Positions 1 to 9,055 of a stretch of 64,000 bases of DNA are shown one piece after another. Source of the DNA: Sideroxydans sp. (GTDB lineage: Bacteria; Pseudomonadota; Gammaproteobacteria; Burkholderiales; Gallionellaceae). The position numbers and the translations under genes were made by a program. The notes under the pieces were generated by a model. The model saw only the letters and a list, made by a program, of their open reading frames with translations. It was not told the origin of the DNA and made no database searches. Location of the stretch: NCBI GenBank assembly GCA_037446535.1, contig JBBIIJ010000002.1:26968-90967 (forward strand), read 5' to 3'. The number at the start of each line of letters is the position of its first letter. Position 1 is the stretch's first letter.

Positions 1-1326
1 ACCGCCCGTCCCGCCATACCTCTTCGATCCGACCGGATAGTTGCCCGGCACTGCGCATGCTACTGCCGCCGCAGTAACGGGATCAGTACAGACTATGGGC
101 TGCCCGTCCAGCACTGTCTCGGTCACATGCTCGGTAACGACGCCGCGGGAAATCGAGGTTGTCGTAACCGTTCCGTTCAGGTTGTTTACGAAGGTATCGG
201 CCTGGTCATATATCTGCCACCCGGACGCGGTCAGCGAATAGGACGAAGGCTGGAAATTGGACGAGAGCGCGATCCAGCCGGTCGCCGCAAGTTCCTTATA
301 GGAAGAGACCCCGGAATACGTATTGCCGCCAGTCGCAGACAAGACGTGTGTATGAACCGCATTCGGCAACATGGTAGTCCCTGGTCCGGGAACGCTAGGG
401 AACCATTCGCGCAAACCGCCCCCCGTCGCAGAGGCGTCGGCCAGCATGTGGTTCACCGCCGCTATTTCCGCAGCGACTTGTTGCGTCTGCGCCGCAACTG
501 CCGAGGCGATGTTGGGAGGCGCGACTATAATTGCCGGGGCGTTCTGCGTAACGACGGCCAGGTTGATGCTGGGTGGGAGGATCACACCCGACGCCGGCGT
601 CAGCGCAGCCTGTTTCCACGAGTCGCCGTAAGCGGCGATCGCCTCGATGGCTGTCACACCACTGGCCGCCTGCGCCAGCGTAGCCGAGAAATGGGCCAGC
701 TTATCCGCATCGGTAGCGTCGGACTTGGCCAACGCCAGCGACGCTGCATCACTGATGATGCGCGGCGGCGTGAGAATGTCTGCCACTCCGGTCAGCCCAA
801 GCTGGGCAACTACCATGTTGTTGGCCGTAGTGACCGTCGCGGGGGTCAGTACCCCTGAGGCCATCGCATATTGGGCGGCGGCATGAGTGGCGGCGGAGAC
901 GCCGACGTTGGCCACGTTCACGCTGGGCACCACCGCCAATAACGGCGGCATATTGGAGGCGCCCGAATGCATCGTCATGGTCTTCTCGTCGAAGTACTGG
1001 CAGGTCGACGGACAATTGACTGAAACCACAAAAGGAGCCATCGCAGTCGGAGGAATGGACACTGCGGCCACGCCTGCGCTGGTAGTGGCCGCGCGACCTA
1101 GAACGCTGCCGTTGGCGTCCTTGATGGTGACCTCAGCGCCTATCATCACGCCCTTGCCTGGCGTCACATTCATCGTGGTGGCGGACGCCCCGTTGTTACC
1201 GTTTGTGCCACTTGAACTGGCGCTGTTGCCACCACCGCCACCACAGCCCGCGAGAATCAGAGCCGACAGGGCGGAAAGCCCAACACCCAGCTCCGCAGCT
1301 TTGCGCAAATTGCGTTTGAAGTTCAT
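1..1326 (-). CDS. Putative lipoprotein of unknown function; C-terminal part lies beyond the left window edge
   Basis: Absent from the supplied ORF track because it has no stop inside the window. I hand-translated the minus frame from ATG 1326 to base 1 and found 442 codons with no stop. GGGGAG Shine-Dalgarno lies 7 nt upstream. The N-terminus MNFKRNLRKAAELGVGLSALSALILAGC is a signal peptide with a lipobox (LAG/C), followed by a Gly/Ser/Asn linker. All listed ORFs in 41..1342 overlap it in other frames. Confidence 0.7.
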   Translation of the reverse strand, partial: MNFKRNLRKAAELGVGLSALSALILAGCGGGGGNSASSSGTNGNNGASATTMNVTPGKGVMIGAEVTIKDANGSVLGRAATTSAGVAAVSIPPTAMAPFVVSVNCPSTCQYFDEKTMTMHSGASNMPPLLAVVPSVNVANVGVSAATHAAAQYAMASGVLTPATVTTANNMVVAQLGLTGVADILTPPRIISDAASLALAKSDATDADKLAHFSATLAQAASGVTAIEAIAAYGDSWKQAALTPASGVILPPSINLAVVTQNAPAIIVAPPNIASAVAAQTQQVAAEIAAVNHMLADASATGGGLREWFPSVPGPGTTMLPNAVHTHVLSATGGNTYSGVSSYKELAATGWIALSSNFQPSSYSLTASGWQIYDQADTFVNNLNGTVTTTSISRGVVTEHVTETVLDGQPIVCTDPVTAAAVACAVPGNYPVGSKRYGGTGG

Positions 1327-1629
1327 TCCGAGACTCCCCTAAATTTAAGAAATTGACCTAACCACCCAGTTCGCAAGCAGGCGCGACTCCCCGCAGGCAG
1401 GACTGCCGTGCCGTTCCTTCTGCAAGTGCGGCCGGATTATCCATTGCATCTCGCATGGGTCAATCGAAAATTTGGCCTATATATTCCTTGTGCGGTCTAT
1501 ATATCCCTCTGTTCCGTCCGGAACTCTCTTCTTCCCCGCACTCCCTTTTCTGCCCACGTTTATAGCGAGACGACGCCCGTCGCTCTGCTATACTTCCACG
1601 CCACTATTTCGCTTCAACGACCGACATTG

Positions 1630-2235
1630 ATGCGTTTTCCCTACTCCAATCCGCTGCCCTTCTCACCCGCCGGGATGGGCAGTGCTGCGCGTGTGGCGAC
1701 CGTCGTGTTCTCGTGGCAGAGTCTGGGCATCGTGCTGTTCGCGGTGATGCTCGCGCGCTGGGTGTGGATCTTCGCCGCGCCTCCCGAGATGGCGATGCCT
1801 GCCACTACATCGTGGCAGAAGAGCGACGTCTCCGAAGATCTGTTCGGCCGTGCGGCGGACACCAACGCCAGCGCAGTGATTGCAGGCAATATCAAACTGA
1901 TAGGCCTGTTCGCGCACAAGACGGCAGGCTTCGCTGTGCTGCAGATCGACGGCAAGCAGGTCGGAGGCGGCTTGGGCGCCGAGGTCGCGCCGGGATTGCG
2001 CCTCGTGGAAACGAATGCGGACCATGTCCTGCTTGAACGGGGCGGAATAAGACAACGACTGGACTTGCAGGCATCCGGCACCGTAGCCGGCATCTCGCCA
2101 GCCCCCTCCGCTGCAGTGATGACTACCGCACCTGACCGCGAGACACTGCCCAGCAACATGAACTTGGATACCATCCCGCCTGCGCAACGGGCGGCGATGC
2201 AACAGGAACTGGATAATCTCAGGAGAGCGCATTGA
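1630..2235 (+). CDS. gspC: Type II secretion system protein GspC-like (short form, no PDZ domain)
   Basis: One TM segment (VATVVFSWQSLGIVLFAVMLARWVWIF), then a GspC/PilP-type HR domain (NIKLIGLFAHKTAGFAVLQIDGKQVGGGLGAEVAPGLRLVETNADHVLLERGGIRQRLDL). The stop overlaps the gspD start. The track ORF starts at GTG 1408; ATG 1630 or ATG 1675 are more plausible, so the start is uncertain. Confidence 0.6.
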   Translation: MRFPYSNPLPFSPAGMGSAARVATVVFSWQSLGIVLFAVMLARWVWIFAAPPEMAMPATTSWQKSDVSEDLFGRAADTNASAVIAGNIKLIGLFAHKTAGFAVLQIDGKQVGGGLGAEVAPGLRLVETNADHVLLERGGIRQRLDLQASGTVAGISPAPSAAVMTTAPDRETLPSNMNLDTIPPAQRAAMQQELDNLRRAH

Positions 2236-4232
2236 TCAGGCTGACTTGTCAGAAGAACTTATTGATGGCCGCGTTGCTGCTGGCCTTCTCCCTTCCAGCC
2301 GCCGCGGCTCAGGATGACAAGGTGTCGCTGAACTTCGTCAATGCCGACATACAGGAAGTCATCAAGGCGATCTCACAGATATCCAAAAAGAACTTCCTGG
2401 TCGACCCTCGCGTGAAGGGCTCGATCAACATCGTGTCCGCCACGCCAGTCAGCGCCGACCTGGCCTACGACATCCTGCTCTCCGCCCTGCGCCTGCAGGG
2501 CTATGCGGCGGTGGATGCGGAAGGGGTGACCAAGATCATCCCCGAATCGGACGCGAAACTGTATGTGGATGCAGTGGGCAAGGCCAGCACCAAGGGCGAC
2601 AAGATCATCACCAAGGTGTTCGTGCTGAAGAACGAGTCGGCCACCCAGATGGTGAACGTCGTGCGCCCCATGGTCGCGCCGAACAACCTCGTCGTGGCCC
2701 ACCCTTCGAGCAACGCGCTGGTCATCACCGACTACGTGAGCAACCTCAGGCGCATCGAGCAGGTCATCAAGTCCATAGATCAGCCCAGCGCGGATGCGCC
2801 CATCGTCATCCCGGTGAGGAACGCCTCCGCCCTGGACCTCGCCAACTCCATCAACAAGCTGATGCCGGAAGCGGCACAGACCACGGCCAGCGGGGATGGC
2901 AACCAGCGCTTCGTGCTGCTGGCCGATGCACGCAACAACAGCCTGCTCCTGCGCGCCGACAACCCCGGCCGCATCGCGCGGGTGCGCGAGCTGGTGGCGA
3001 AACTGGACAATGATTCCGGCTCGCCCGGCAACGTCCACGTGGTGACGCTGAAGAACGCGGACGCCACCAAGCTGGCACAGACCCTGCGCGCGGTGATGAG
3101 CGGTGACACCTCGACTCCCTCGATCCAAGGGACGCCTTCTGCCTCCCCCGCTCCTGTGGCCGGCGGCATGGTGCAGGCCGACGCTGCGTCCAATTCGCTC
3201 ATCATCACCGCCGCCGAGCCGATCTACAACAATCTGCGCGCGGTGATCGAACGCCTGGACGTGCGTCGTCCGCAGATCTTTGTCGAGGCCCTCATCGTGG
3301 AAGTGACTGCGGACAAGGCGGCTGAATTCGGCGTGCAATGGCAGAACCTCACCAACGTCGCAGGACCTGGCTCCCATATCGTCGGCGGCACCAACTTCGG
3401 TGCAGCCGGCACCAACATCATCGGCGCCTCCAAGGATGTCACGACGATCGGACAGGGGCTGAACGTGGGCGTAGCCAAGGGGACGATGACCTTGCCCAAC
3501 GGCACCACCGTCCTCAACCTGGGCATGCTCGCCCGCGCACTGGAGTCCGATACCAAGGCCAACATCCTCTCGTCTCCCAACCTGATGACGCTGGACAACG
3601 AGGAAGCCAAGATCGTGGTCGGCTCTAATGTGCCTTTCATCACAGGTCAGTATGCGCAGACCGGCTCTGCCACCACCGCCACCCCTTTCCAGACCATAGA
3701 GCGCAAGGACGTCGGCCTGACGCTGAAGATCAAACCGCAGATCCTCGACGGCGGCTCGGTGCGCCTGCAGATCTATCAGGAGGTTTCCAGCGTGGACAAC
3801 ACGGCCACCAACCCGGCGGGTGTCACCACCAAGAAGCGCTCCATCGAATCGAACATCCTGGTGGACAAGGACCAGATCGTGGTCCTGGGCGGCCTGATCC
3901 AGGATTCGATCAACGACAGCAGGAGTCAGATACCCCTGCTCGGCGACATCCCGTTGCTGGGCGGATTGTTCCGTTACGAGACACGCCAGCGCAGCAAGAC
4001 CAACCTGATGGTCTTCATCCGCCCCTACGTGATGCGCAATCCGTCATCCTATGCGGCACTCTCGAACGAGCGCTACGAGAAGATGAGCGATGCACAGGAC
4101 GGGGCACAGCTGCCCAAGAATTACCTGATCCCCATAGAAGGCGGCCCCAAACTGCCGGAGCTGAATCCCGCCCCCAAGGAAGACGTCGTCACACCTGACA
4201 AGAAGCCCGCCGCCCCCGGGAAGGCCAAGTGA
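2232..4232 (+). CDS. gspD: Type II secretion system secretin GspD
   Basis: 666 aa. Signal peptide, N0 domain (VSLNFVNADIQEVIKAISQISKKNFLVDPRVKG) and C-terminal secretin domain (VPFITGQ...IPLLGDIPLLGGLFR). AGGAGA SD precedes the TTG start, which overlaps the gspC stop. Confidence 0.95.
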   Translation: MIRLTCQKNLLMAALLLAFSLPAAAAQDDKVSLNFVNADIQEVIKAISQISKKNFLVDPRVKGSINIVSATPVSADLAYDILLSALRLQGYAAVDAEGVTKIIPESDAKLYVDAVGKASTKGDKIITKVFVLKNESATQMVNVVRPMVAPNNLVVAHPSSNALVITDYVSNLRRIEQVIKSIDQPSADAPIVIPVRNASALDLANSINKLMPEAAQTTASGDGNQRFVLLADARNNSLLLRADNPGRIARVRELVAKLDNDSGSPGNVHVVTLKNADATKLAQTLRAVMSGDTSTPSIQGTPSASPAPVAGGMVQADAASNSLIITAAEPIYNNLRAVIERLDVRRPQIFVEALIVEVTADKAAEFGVQWQNLTNVAGPGSHIVGGTNFGAAGTNIIGASKDVTTIGQGLNVGVAKGTMTLPNGTTVLNLGMLARALESDTKANILSSPNLMTLDNEEAKIVVGSNVPFITGQYAQTGSATTATPFQTIERKDVGLTLKIKPQILDGGSVRLQIYQEVSSVDNTATNPAGVTTKKRSIESNILVDKDQIVVLGGLIQDSINDSRSQIPLLGDIPLLGGLFRYETRQRSKTNLMVFIRPYVMRNPSSYAALSNERYEKMSDAQDGAQLPKNYLIPIEGGPKLPELNPAPKEDVVTPDKKPAAPGKAK

Positions 4233-5716
4233 CCCAGAACATCAATCGCCGCGTCGCGCGCAAGCTGCCTTACACGTTCGCAAAGGCGCGCGGGGTGGTG
4301 CTGACCGACTGCAGCGCAGACGCGGCCTGGGTGACCGCGCGCAACGATGCACGCCCTGAAGCGCTGGCTGAGATCACAAGATTGCTCGCCCTACCCACCG
4401 AGACCAGGCTGGTTGCAGCCGAGGAGTTCGAGCGCGTGCTCGCCGATGCCTATGCGCAGTCGGACGATTCGGCCGCGATGCTGGTGGACGATGCGGAGCA
4501 GGACATGGACCTTTCCGCGCTGATCCACGACTTGCCCAAGACCGCTGACCTGCTGGAATCGGAGAACGACGCGCCGGTGATCCGTATGATCAACGCCCTG
4601 CTCACGCAGGCCGTACGCGACAACGCCTCCGACATCCACATCGAGCCCTTCGAGACCCGCTCGGTGGTGCGCTTCCGTGTGGACGGCACCCTGCAGGACG
4701 TGGTCGAGCCGCACCGCGCGTTGCACGCCGCGCTGGTGTCGCGCATCAAGGTGATGGCGGAGCTGGACATCGCCGAGAAGCGCCTGCCGCAGGACGGGCG
4801 CATCGCCCTGCGTCTCGCAGGGCGTCCGGTGGACGTGCGCGTCTCCACCCTGCCCACGGGCCACGGCGAACGCGTGGTGATGCGCCTGCTCGACAAGGAG
4901 GCAGGCCGGCTCAACCTTGCCAAGCTGGGCATGAGCCAGACGACACTTGCCGCCATCCAGGAACTGGTGGCGCAGCCGCACGGCATCGTGCTTGTGACCG
5001 GCCCCACCGGCTCGGGCAAGACCACCACCCTGTACGCTGCGCTGTCCTGCGTGGATGCCAGCGTGACCAACGTGATGACGGTGGAGGACCCGGTCGAATA
5101 CGACCTGGACGGGATCAGCCAGACACAGGTCAATCCGCGCATAGAGATGGATTTCGCGCGCGCCTTGCGCGCCATCCTGCGCCAGGACCCGGACGTGATC
5201 ATGATAGGCGAGATCCGCGACCTGGAGACCGCGCAAATCGCCGTGCAGTCCAGCCTCACCGGCCACCTGGTGCTCGCCACCTTGCACACCAACGACTCGG
5301 TGAGTGCGGTCACGCGCCTCACCGACATGGGGGTGGAGCCCTTCCTGCTCTCCTCCAGCCTGATAGGCGTGCTCGCACAGCGCCTCGTGCGTCGCCTGTG
5401 CCCCTCGTGCAAGGAAGCTTACGCGCCTGACGAAACCGAACTTGCCGTCTTCTGCCTCACGCGGCCTTCCCGACTCTACCGTCCGGTGGGCTGCTCCGCC
5501 TGCGGACAGACCGGCTATCGGGGGCGCACCGGCATCTATGAACTGCTGCTGGTGGACGACACGCTGCGCAGCAAGATACATGCGCACTCCAGCGAGCAGG
5601 AGCTGCGCGAATATGCCCACCGGCATGGCATGTCCAGCCTGCGCGATGACGCGCTACGCTGGGTCGCCAGCGGCGACACCTCTCTGGAAGAGGTCATCCG
5701 TGTCACGCGAGACTGA
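4229..5716 (+). CDS. gspE: Type II secretion ATPase GspE
   Basis: Walker [10 protein letters not shown] and the tetracysteine motif CPSC...CSAC typical of GspE. The GTG start overlaps the gspD stop (GTGA). Confidence 0.95.
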   Translation: MTQNINRRVARKLPYTFAKARGVVLTDCSADAAWVTARNDARPEALAEITRLLALPTETRLVAAEEFERVLADAYAQSDDSAAMLVDDAEQDMDLSALIHDLPKTADLLESENDAPVIRMINALLTQAVRDNASDIHIEPFETRSVVRFRVDGTLQDVVEPHRALHAALVSRIKVMAELDIAEKRLPQDGRIALRLAGRPVDVRVSTLPTGHGERVVMRLLDKEAGRLNLAKLGMSQTTLAAIQELVAQPHGIVLVTGPTGSGKTTTLYAALSCVDASVTNVMTVEDPVEYDLDGISQTQVNPRIEMDFARALRAILRQDPDVIMIGEIRDLETAQIAVQSSLTGHLVLATLHTNDSVSAVTRLTDMGVEPFLLSSSLIGVLAQRLVRRLCPSCKEAYAPDETELAVFCLTRPSRLYRPVGCSACGQTGYRGRTGIYELLLVDDTLRSKIHAHSSEQELREYAHRHGMSSLRDDALRWVASGDTSLEEVIRVTRD

Positions 5717-5731
5717 TCCCGGACATCTGCG

Positions 5732-6943
5732 ATGACAGCCTTCCATTACCAGGCGGTCGATGCCGACGGCACATCCAGGCAGGGCATCGTGGAGGCCGAC
5801 TCGGCGATACGCGCCCGCGCGCAGCTGCGCGAATCGGGGCTCTTCGTGGTCGACCTGACCGACGTGGCAGCGCCCCAGGCTTCACGCCAGTTCAGTCTCA
5901 CGCGCCGCAGGCTCTCGCCTTCCGACCTGAGCCTGCTGCTGCGCCAGCTCGCCACCCTGCTCGAAGCCGGCCTGCCGCTGGAGCAGGCGCTGTCCGTCCT
6001 GATAGAGCAAAGCACCCAGCCCTACCAGCGCGCCCTGCTGGCTGCGCTGCGCGCGGACGTGCTGGCGGGCCAGTCGCTGGCGCATGCCGTGGCACAACAC
6101 CCCGACGACTTCCCCGAGATCCATCGCGCGCTGATCCGCGCAGGTGAGGCCTCGGGTGAGCTGGATACCGTGATGGACAAGCTCGCCACCTACAGCGAGA
6201 ACCAGCAGGCGTTGCGCCAGAAGGTCGGACTTGCTTTCGTCTATCCCATCATCGTCACCGTCGTCGCCATGCTGGTCATAGGCGGCCTCTTGCTCTATGT
6301 CGTGCCACAGGTGGTCTCGGTGTTCGAGCAATCGCACCAGGCCCTGCCCTGGCTCACGCGCAGCCTGATCTTCGTGACCGACATCCTGGCTTATGCCTGG
6401 ATCTACATCGTGCTGGCGTTGGCCGCCGCTGGTTATGGCGCAAAACGCATGCTGGAACAGGAGACCCTGCGCGCTACCCTGCACCGCAGACTGCTGCGCC
6501 TGCCGGTCTTGGGCCGGCTCATCCAGGGCGTGAACACCGCGCGCATGGCTAGCACGCTGTCCATCCTGTTCGGCAGCGGGGTCCCGCTGCTGACCGCGAT
6601 GAGCACCGCGTCGGGCGTGGTGGGCAACCTGCCCATGCGTTATGCGCTGGAAGACGCCGCCAACAAAGTGCGCGAGGGCGTGAGCCTGAGCCGCGCGCTG
6701 GCCTCCTCCGGCCTGTTCCCGCCCGTACTGATCCACCTCATCGCCAGCGGCGAACAGAGCGGCAAGCTTGATAGCATGCTCGACCGCGTCGCCAGGCAGC
6801 AGGAACAGGAGGTCAGCGGCTTCGTCACCGCCCTCACCTCCCTGCTCGAACCGCTGCTCATCCTGGTGATGGGTGCGGTCGTCCTCGTCATCGTGCTCGC
6901 CATCCTGCTGCCCATCATCCAGATGAACCAGCTGATCAAGTAG
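5732..6943 (+). CDS. gspF: Type II secretion inner-membrane platform protein GspF
   Basis: 403 aa with the duplicated GspF/PilC-type domain; follows gspE by 15 nt. Confidence 0.95.
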   Translation: MTAFHYQAVDADGTSRQGIVEADSAIRARAQLRESGLFVVDLTDVAAPQASRQFSLTRRRLSPSDLSLLLRQLATLLEAGLPLEQALSVLIEQSTQPYQRALLAALRADVLAGQSLAHAVAQHPDDFPEIHRALIRAGEASGELDTVMDKLATYSENQQALRQKVGLAFVYPIIVTVVAMLVIGGLLLYVVPQVVSVFEQSHQALPWLTRSLIFVTDILAYAWIYIVLALAAAGYGAKRMLEQETLRATLHRRLLRLPVLGRLIQGVNTARMASTLSILFGSGVPLLTAMSTASGVVGNLPMRYALEDAANKVREGVSLSRALASSGLFPPVLIHLIASGEQSGKLDSMLDRVARQQEQEVSGFVTALTSLLEPLLILVMGAVVLVIVLAILLPIIQMNQLIK

Positions 6944-7004
6944 CGATGCGTCCAGCCCCGCTCTTGTGGCACACTAGCGCCCGTTCCTGAGACTCGCTCA
7001 CATC

Positions 7005-8249
7005 GTGCAACCCTACGAACTCTTCATCGGCCTGCGTTACACCCGAGCCAAGCGCCGCAACCATTTCATCTCCTTCATCTCGCTGATCTCCATGCTGGGC
7101 ATAGGTCTCGGCGTGATGGCGCTGATCGTGGTGCTGTCGGTGATGAACGGTTTCCAGAAGGAGATACGCGCCCGCATCCTCGGCGTCACGCCGCACCTGC
7201 AGGTCAGCAGCGATGGCGGCCAGATGCATGACTGGAAGCGTACGCTCGACATCGTCGCCGGCCATCCTGGGGTGCGCGCGGCCGCCCCCTACGTCAACGG
7301 CCAAGGCATGCTGTCCCTCAACGACAGTGTGGAAGGCGTGATGGTGCGCGGCATCCTGCCTGACGCGGAACAGAAGCTGACCGCGCTGGGCGACAAGATG
7401 AAGTACGGCACGCTGGGCGACCTGCGGCCGGGCGAATTCAACATCGTGCTCGGCGTGGACCTCGCACGGGCCATGGGCGCGCATGTGGGCGACACCGTGC
7501 TGCTCATCACGCCGCAGGGCCAGGTCACACCCGCAGGCATGTTGCCCCGCCTGAAGCAGTTCCATGTGGTCGGCATCTTCGAGATCGGCATGGCGCCTTA
7601 CGACAATGCGCTGGCCCTGATCCATCTCGAGGATGCGCAGAAGCTCTACCGCATGGGCGACGCGGTGAGTGGCATCAGCGGCAGTCTGGACAACCTCGAC
7701 CTGGCACCCCAGATAGCGTACGAGCTGGAAAAGAAACTGCCTATGGACACCTACGCCAGCGACTGGACACGCCAGAACGCCAACTACTTCGCCGTGGTGG
7801 CCATGGAGAAGAAGATGATGTTCATCATCCTGTCGCTCATCGTGCTCGTCGCCGCCTTCAACATCGTCTCCACACTAGTGATGGCCGTCACCGACAAGCA
7901 GGCCGACATCGCCATCCTGCGCACGCTGGGTGCCTCGCCCAGGAGCATCATGCAGATCTTCATGGTGCAGGGCATGCTCATCGGCCTGATCGGCATGAGC
8001 ATCGGCGTCATCGGCGGCGTGCTCCTCGCGCTCAACATCGGCACGATAGTGCCCTTCATCGAACACCTGTTCGGTGTGCAGTTCCTGTCCAAGGAGTTCT
8101 ACTACATCAGCGAGCTGCCCTCCGACCTGCGGAAGGGCGACGTGATCGTGGTCGCCACCATGTCCTTCCTCATCAGCCTGTTCGCAACCCTCTATCCAAG
8201 CTGGCGCGCGTCCAAGGTGCAACCGGCGGAGGCCTTAAGGTATGAGTGA
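7005..8249 (+). CDS. lolC: Lipoprotein-releasing system transmembrane permease (LolC/LolE family)
   Basis: 414 aa. N-terminus [37 protein letters not shown] is the classic LolC/E start. FtsX-like C-terminal TM bundle. Overlaps lolD by 8 nt. Confidence 0.9.
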   Translation: MQPYELFIGLRYTRAKRRNHFISFISLISMLGIGLGVMALIVVLSVMNGFQKEIRARILGVTPHLQVSSDGGQMHDWKRTLDIVAGHPGVRAAAPYVNGQGMLSLNDSVEGVMVRGILPDAEQKLTALGDKMKYGTLGDLRPGEFNIVLGVDLARAMGAHVGDTVLLITPQGQVTPAGMLPRLKQFHVVGIFEIGMAPYDNALALIHLEDAQKLYRMGDAVSGISGSLDNLDLAPQIAYELEKKLPMDTYASDWTRQNANYFAVVAMEKKMMFIILSLIVLVAAFNIVSTLVMAVTDKQADIAILRTLGASPRSIMQIFMVQGMLIGLIGMSIGVIGGVLLALNIGTIVPFIEHLFGVQFLSKEFYYISELPSDLRKGDVIVVATMSFLISLFATLYPSWRASKVQPAEALRYE

Positions 8250-8922
8250 CACTGTGATCTCCTGCCGCGACCTGAAGAAGACCTATGCGCAAGGTGACCT
8301 GAACGTCCCAGTGCTGAACGGCGTGAACCTAGAGGTGGCAGGCGGCGAGCGCATCGCTATCGTCGGCGCTTCCGGCTCAGGCAAGAGCACGCTGCTGCAC
8401 CTTCTGGGTGGGCTGGATTCCATCACCAGCGGCAGCGTGACCATACTCGGCCAGGACGTCGCCGCCATGAACGAGACGCAGCGCGGCGAGTTGCGCAACC
8501 GCTCGCTCGGTTTCGTCTACCAGTTCCATCACCTGCTGCCGGAATTCACCGCGCTGGAGAACGTGGCCATGCCGCTCCTCATCCGCGGAGTGAAGCCGGC
8601 CGAGGCGCATCCGCAGGCTGCCGCCATGCTGGAACAGGTGGGGCTGGCCCAGCGCCTGCGCCACCTGCCCGCCGAACTGTCCGGCGGCGAACGCCAGCGC
8701 GTGGCCGTGGCCCGAGCCCTGGTCACGCAGCCTGCCTGTGTGCTGGCCGACGAACCCACCGGCAACCTGGACCGCGCCAGTGCTCTCGCCCTGTTCGACC
8801 TGATGCAGACGCTCAACGCCAAACTCAACACCAGCTTCATCATCGTCACCCACGACCTGGACCTCGCTGCGAAGATGCAGCGCCAGATGCGCTTGGTGGA
8901 TGGCGTGTTGCAGGCCGTGTGA
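8242..8922 (+). CDS. lolD: Lipoprotein-releasing system ATP-binding protein LolD
   Basis: ABC ATPase with Walker [10 protein letters not shown], signature [10 protein letters not shown] and Walker B VLADEPT. Coupled to lolC. Confidence 0.9.
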   Translation: MSDTVISCRDLKKTYAQGDLNVPVLNGVNLEVAGGERIAIVGASGSGKSTLLHLLGGLDSITSGSVTILGQDVAAMNETQRGELRNRSLGFVYQFHHLLPEFTALENVAMPLLIRGVKPAEAHPQAAAMLEQVGLAQRLRHLPAELSGGERQRVAVARALVTQPACVLADEPTGNLDRASALALFDLMQTLNAKLNTSFIIVTHDLDLAAKMQRQMRLVDGVLQAV

Positions 8923-8975
8923 AGCCGATCCATTAGACCCTCTCTTTCCATTCTCTTTCGTCGCATAGGGCAGTG

Positions 8976-9019
8976 TTGACACTCTGTTCTGCAGAGTCAT
9001 ATACTCTGCCGAACAGAGT
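8976..9019 (+). promoter_or_regulatory. Sigma70-like promoter overlapped by two tandem 17-bp palindromes (putative repressor operators)
   Basis: TTGACA (8976-8981), 18 nt, TATACT (9000-9005), about 50 nt upstream of the S9 peptidase ATG. ACTCTG-N5-CAGAGT occurs twice (8981-8997 and 9003-9019), centres 22 bp apart. Read directly from the sequence. Confidence 0.5.
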
Positions 9020-9055
9020 TACGCCCAATATCTCAGGAAAGGACACTCGACCGAT

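Noticed and set aside
127-1342. Listed ORFs of 243, 151, 88, 86, 79 and 74 aa at the left edge
   Set aside because: All overlap the 442-codon minus-strand lipoprotein frame, which has the SD, signal peptide and lipobox. Their translations are Arg/Gly-rich or Ala/Thr-rich shadow products.
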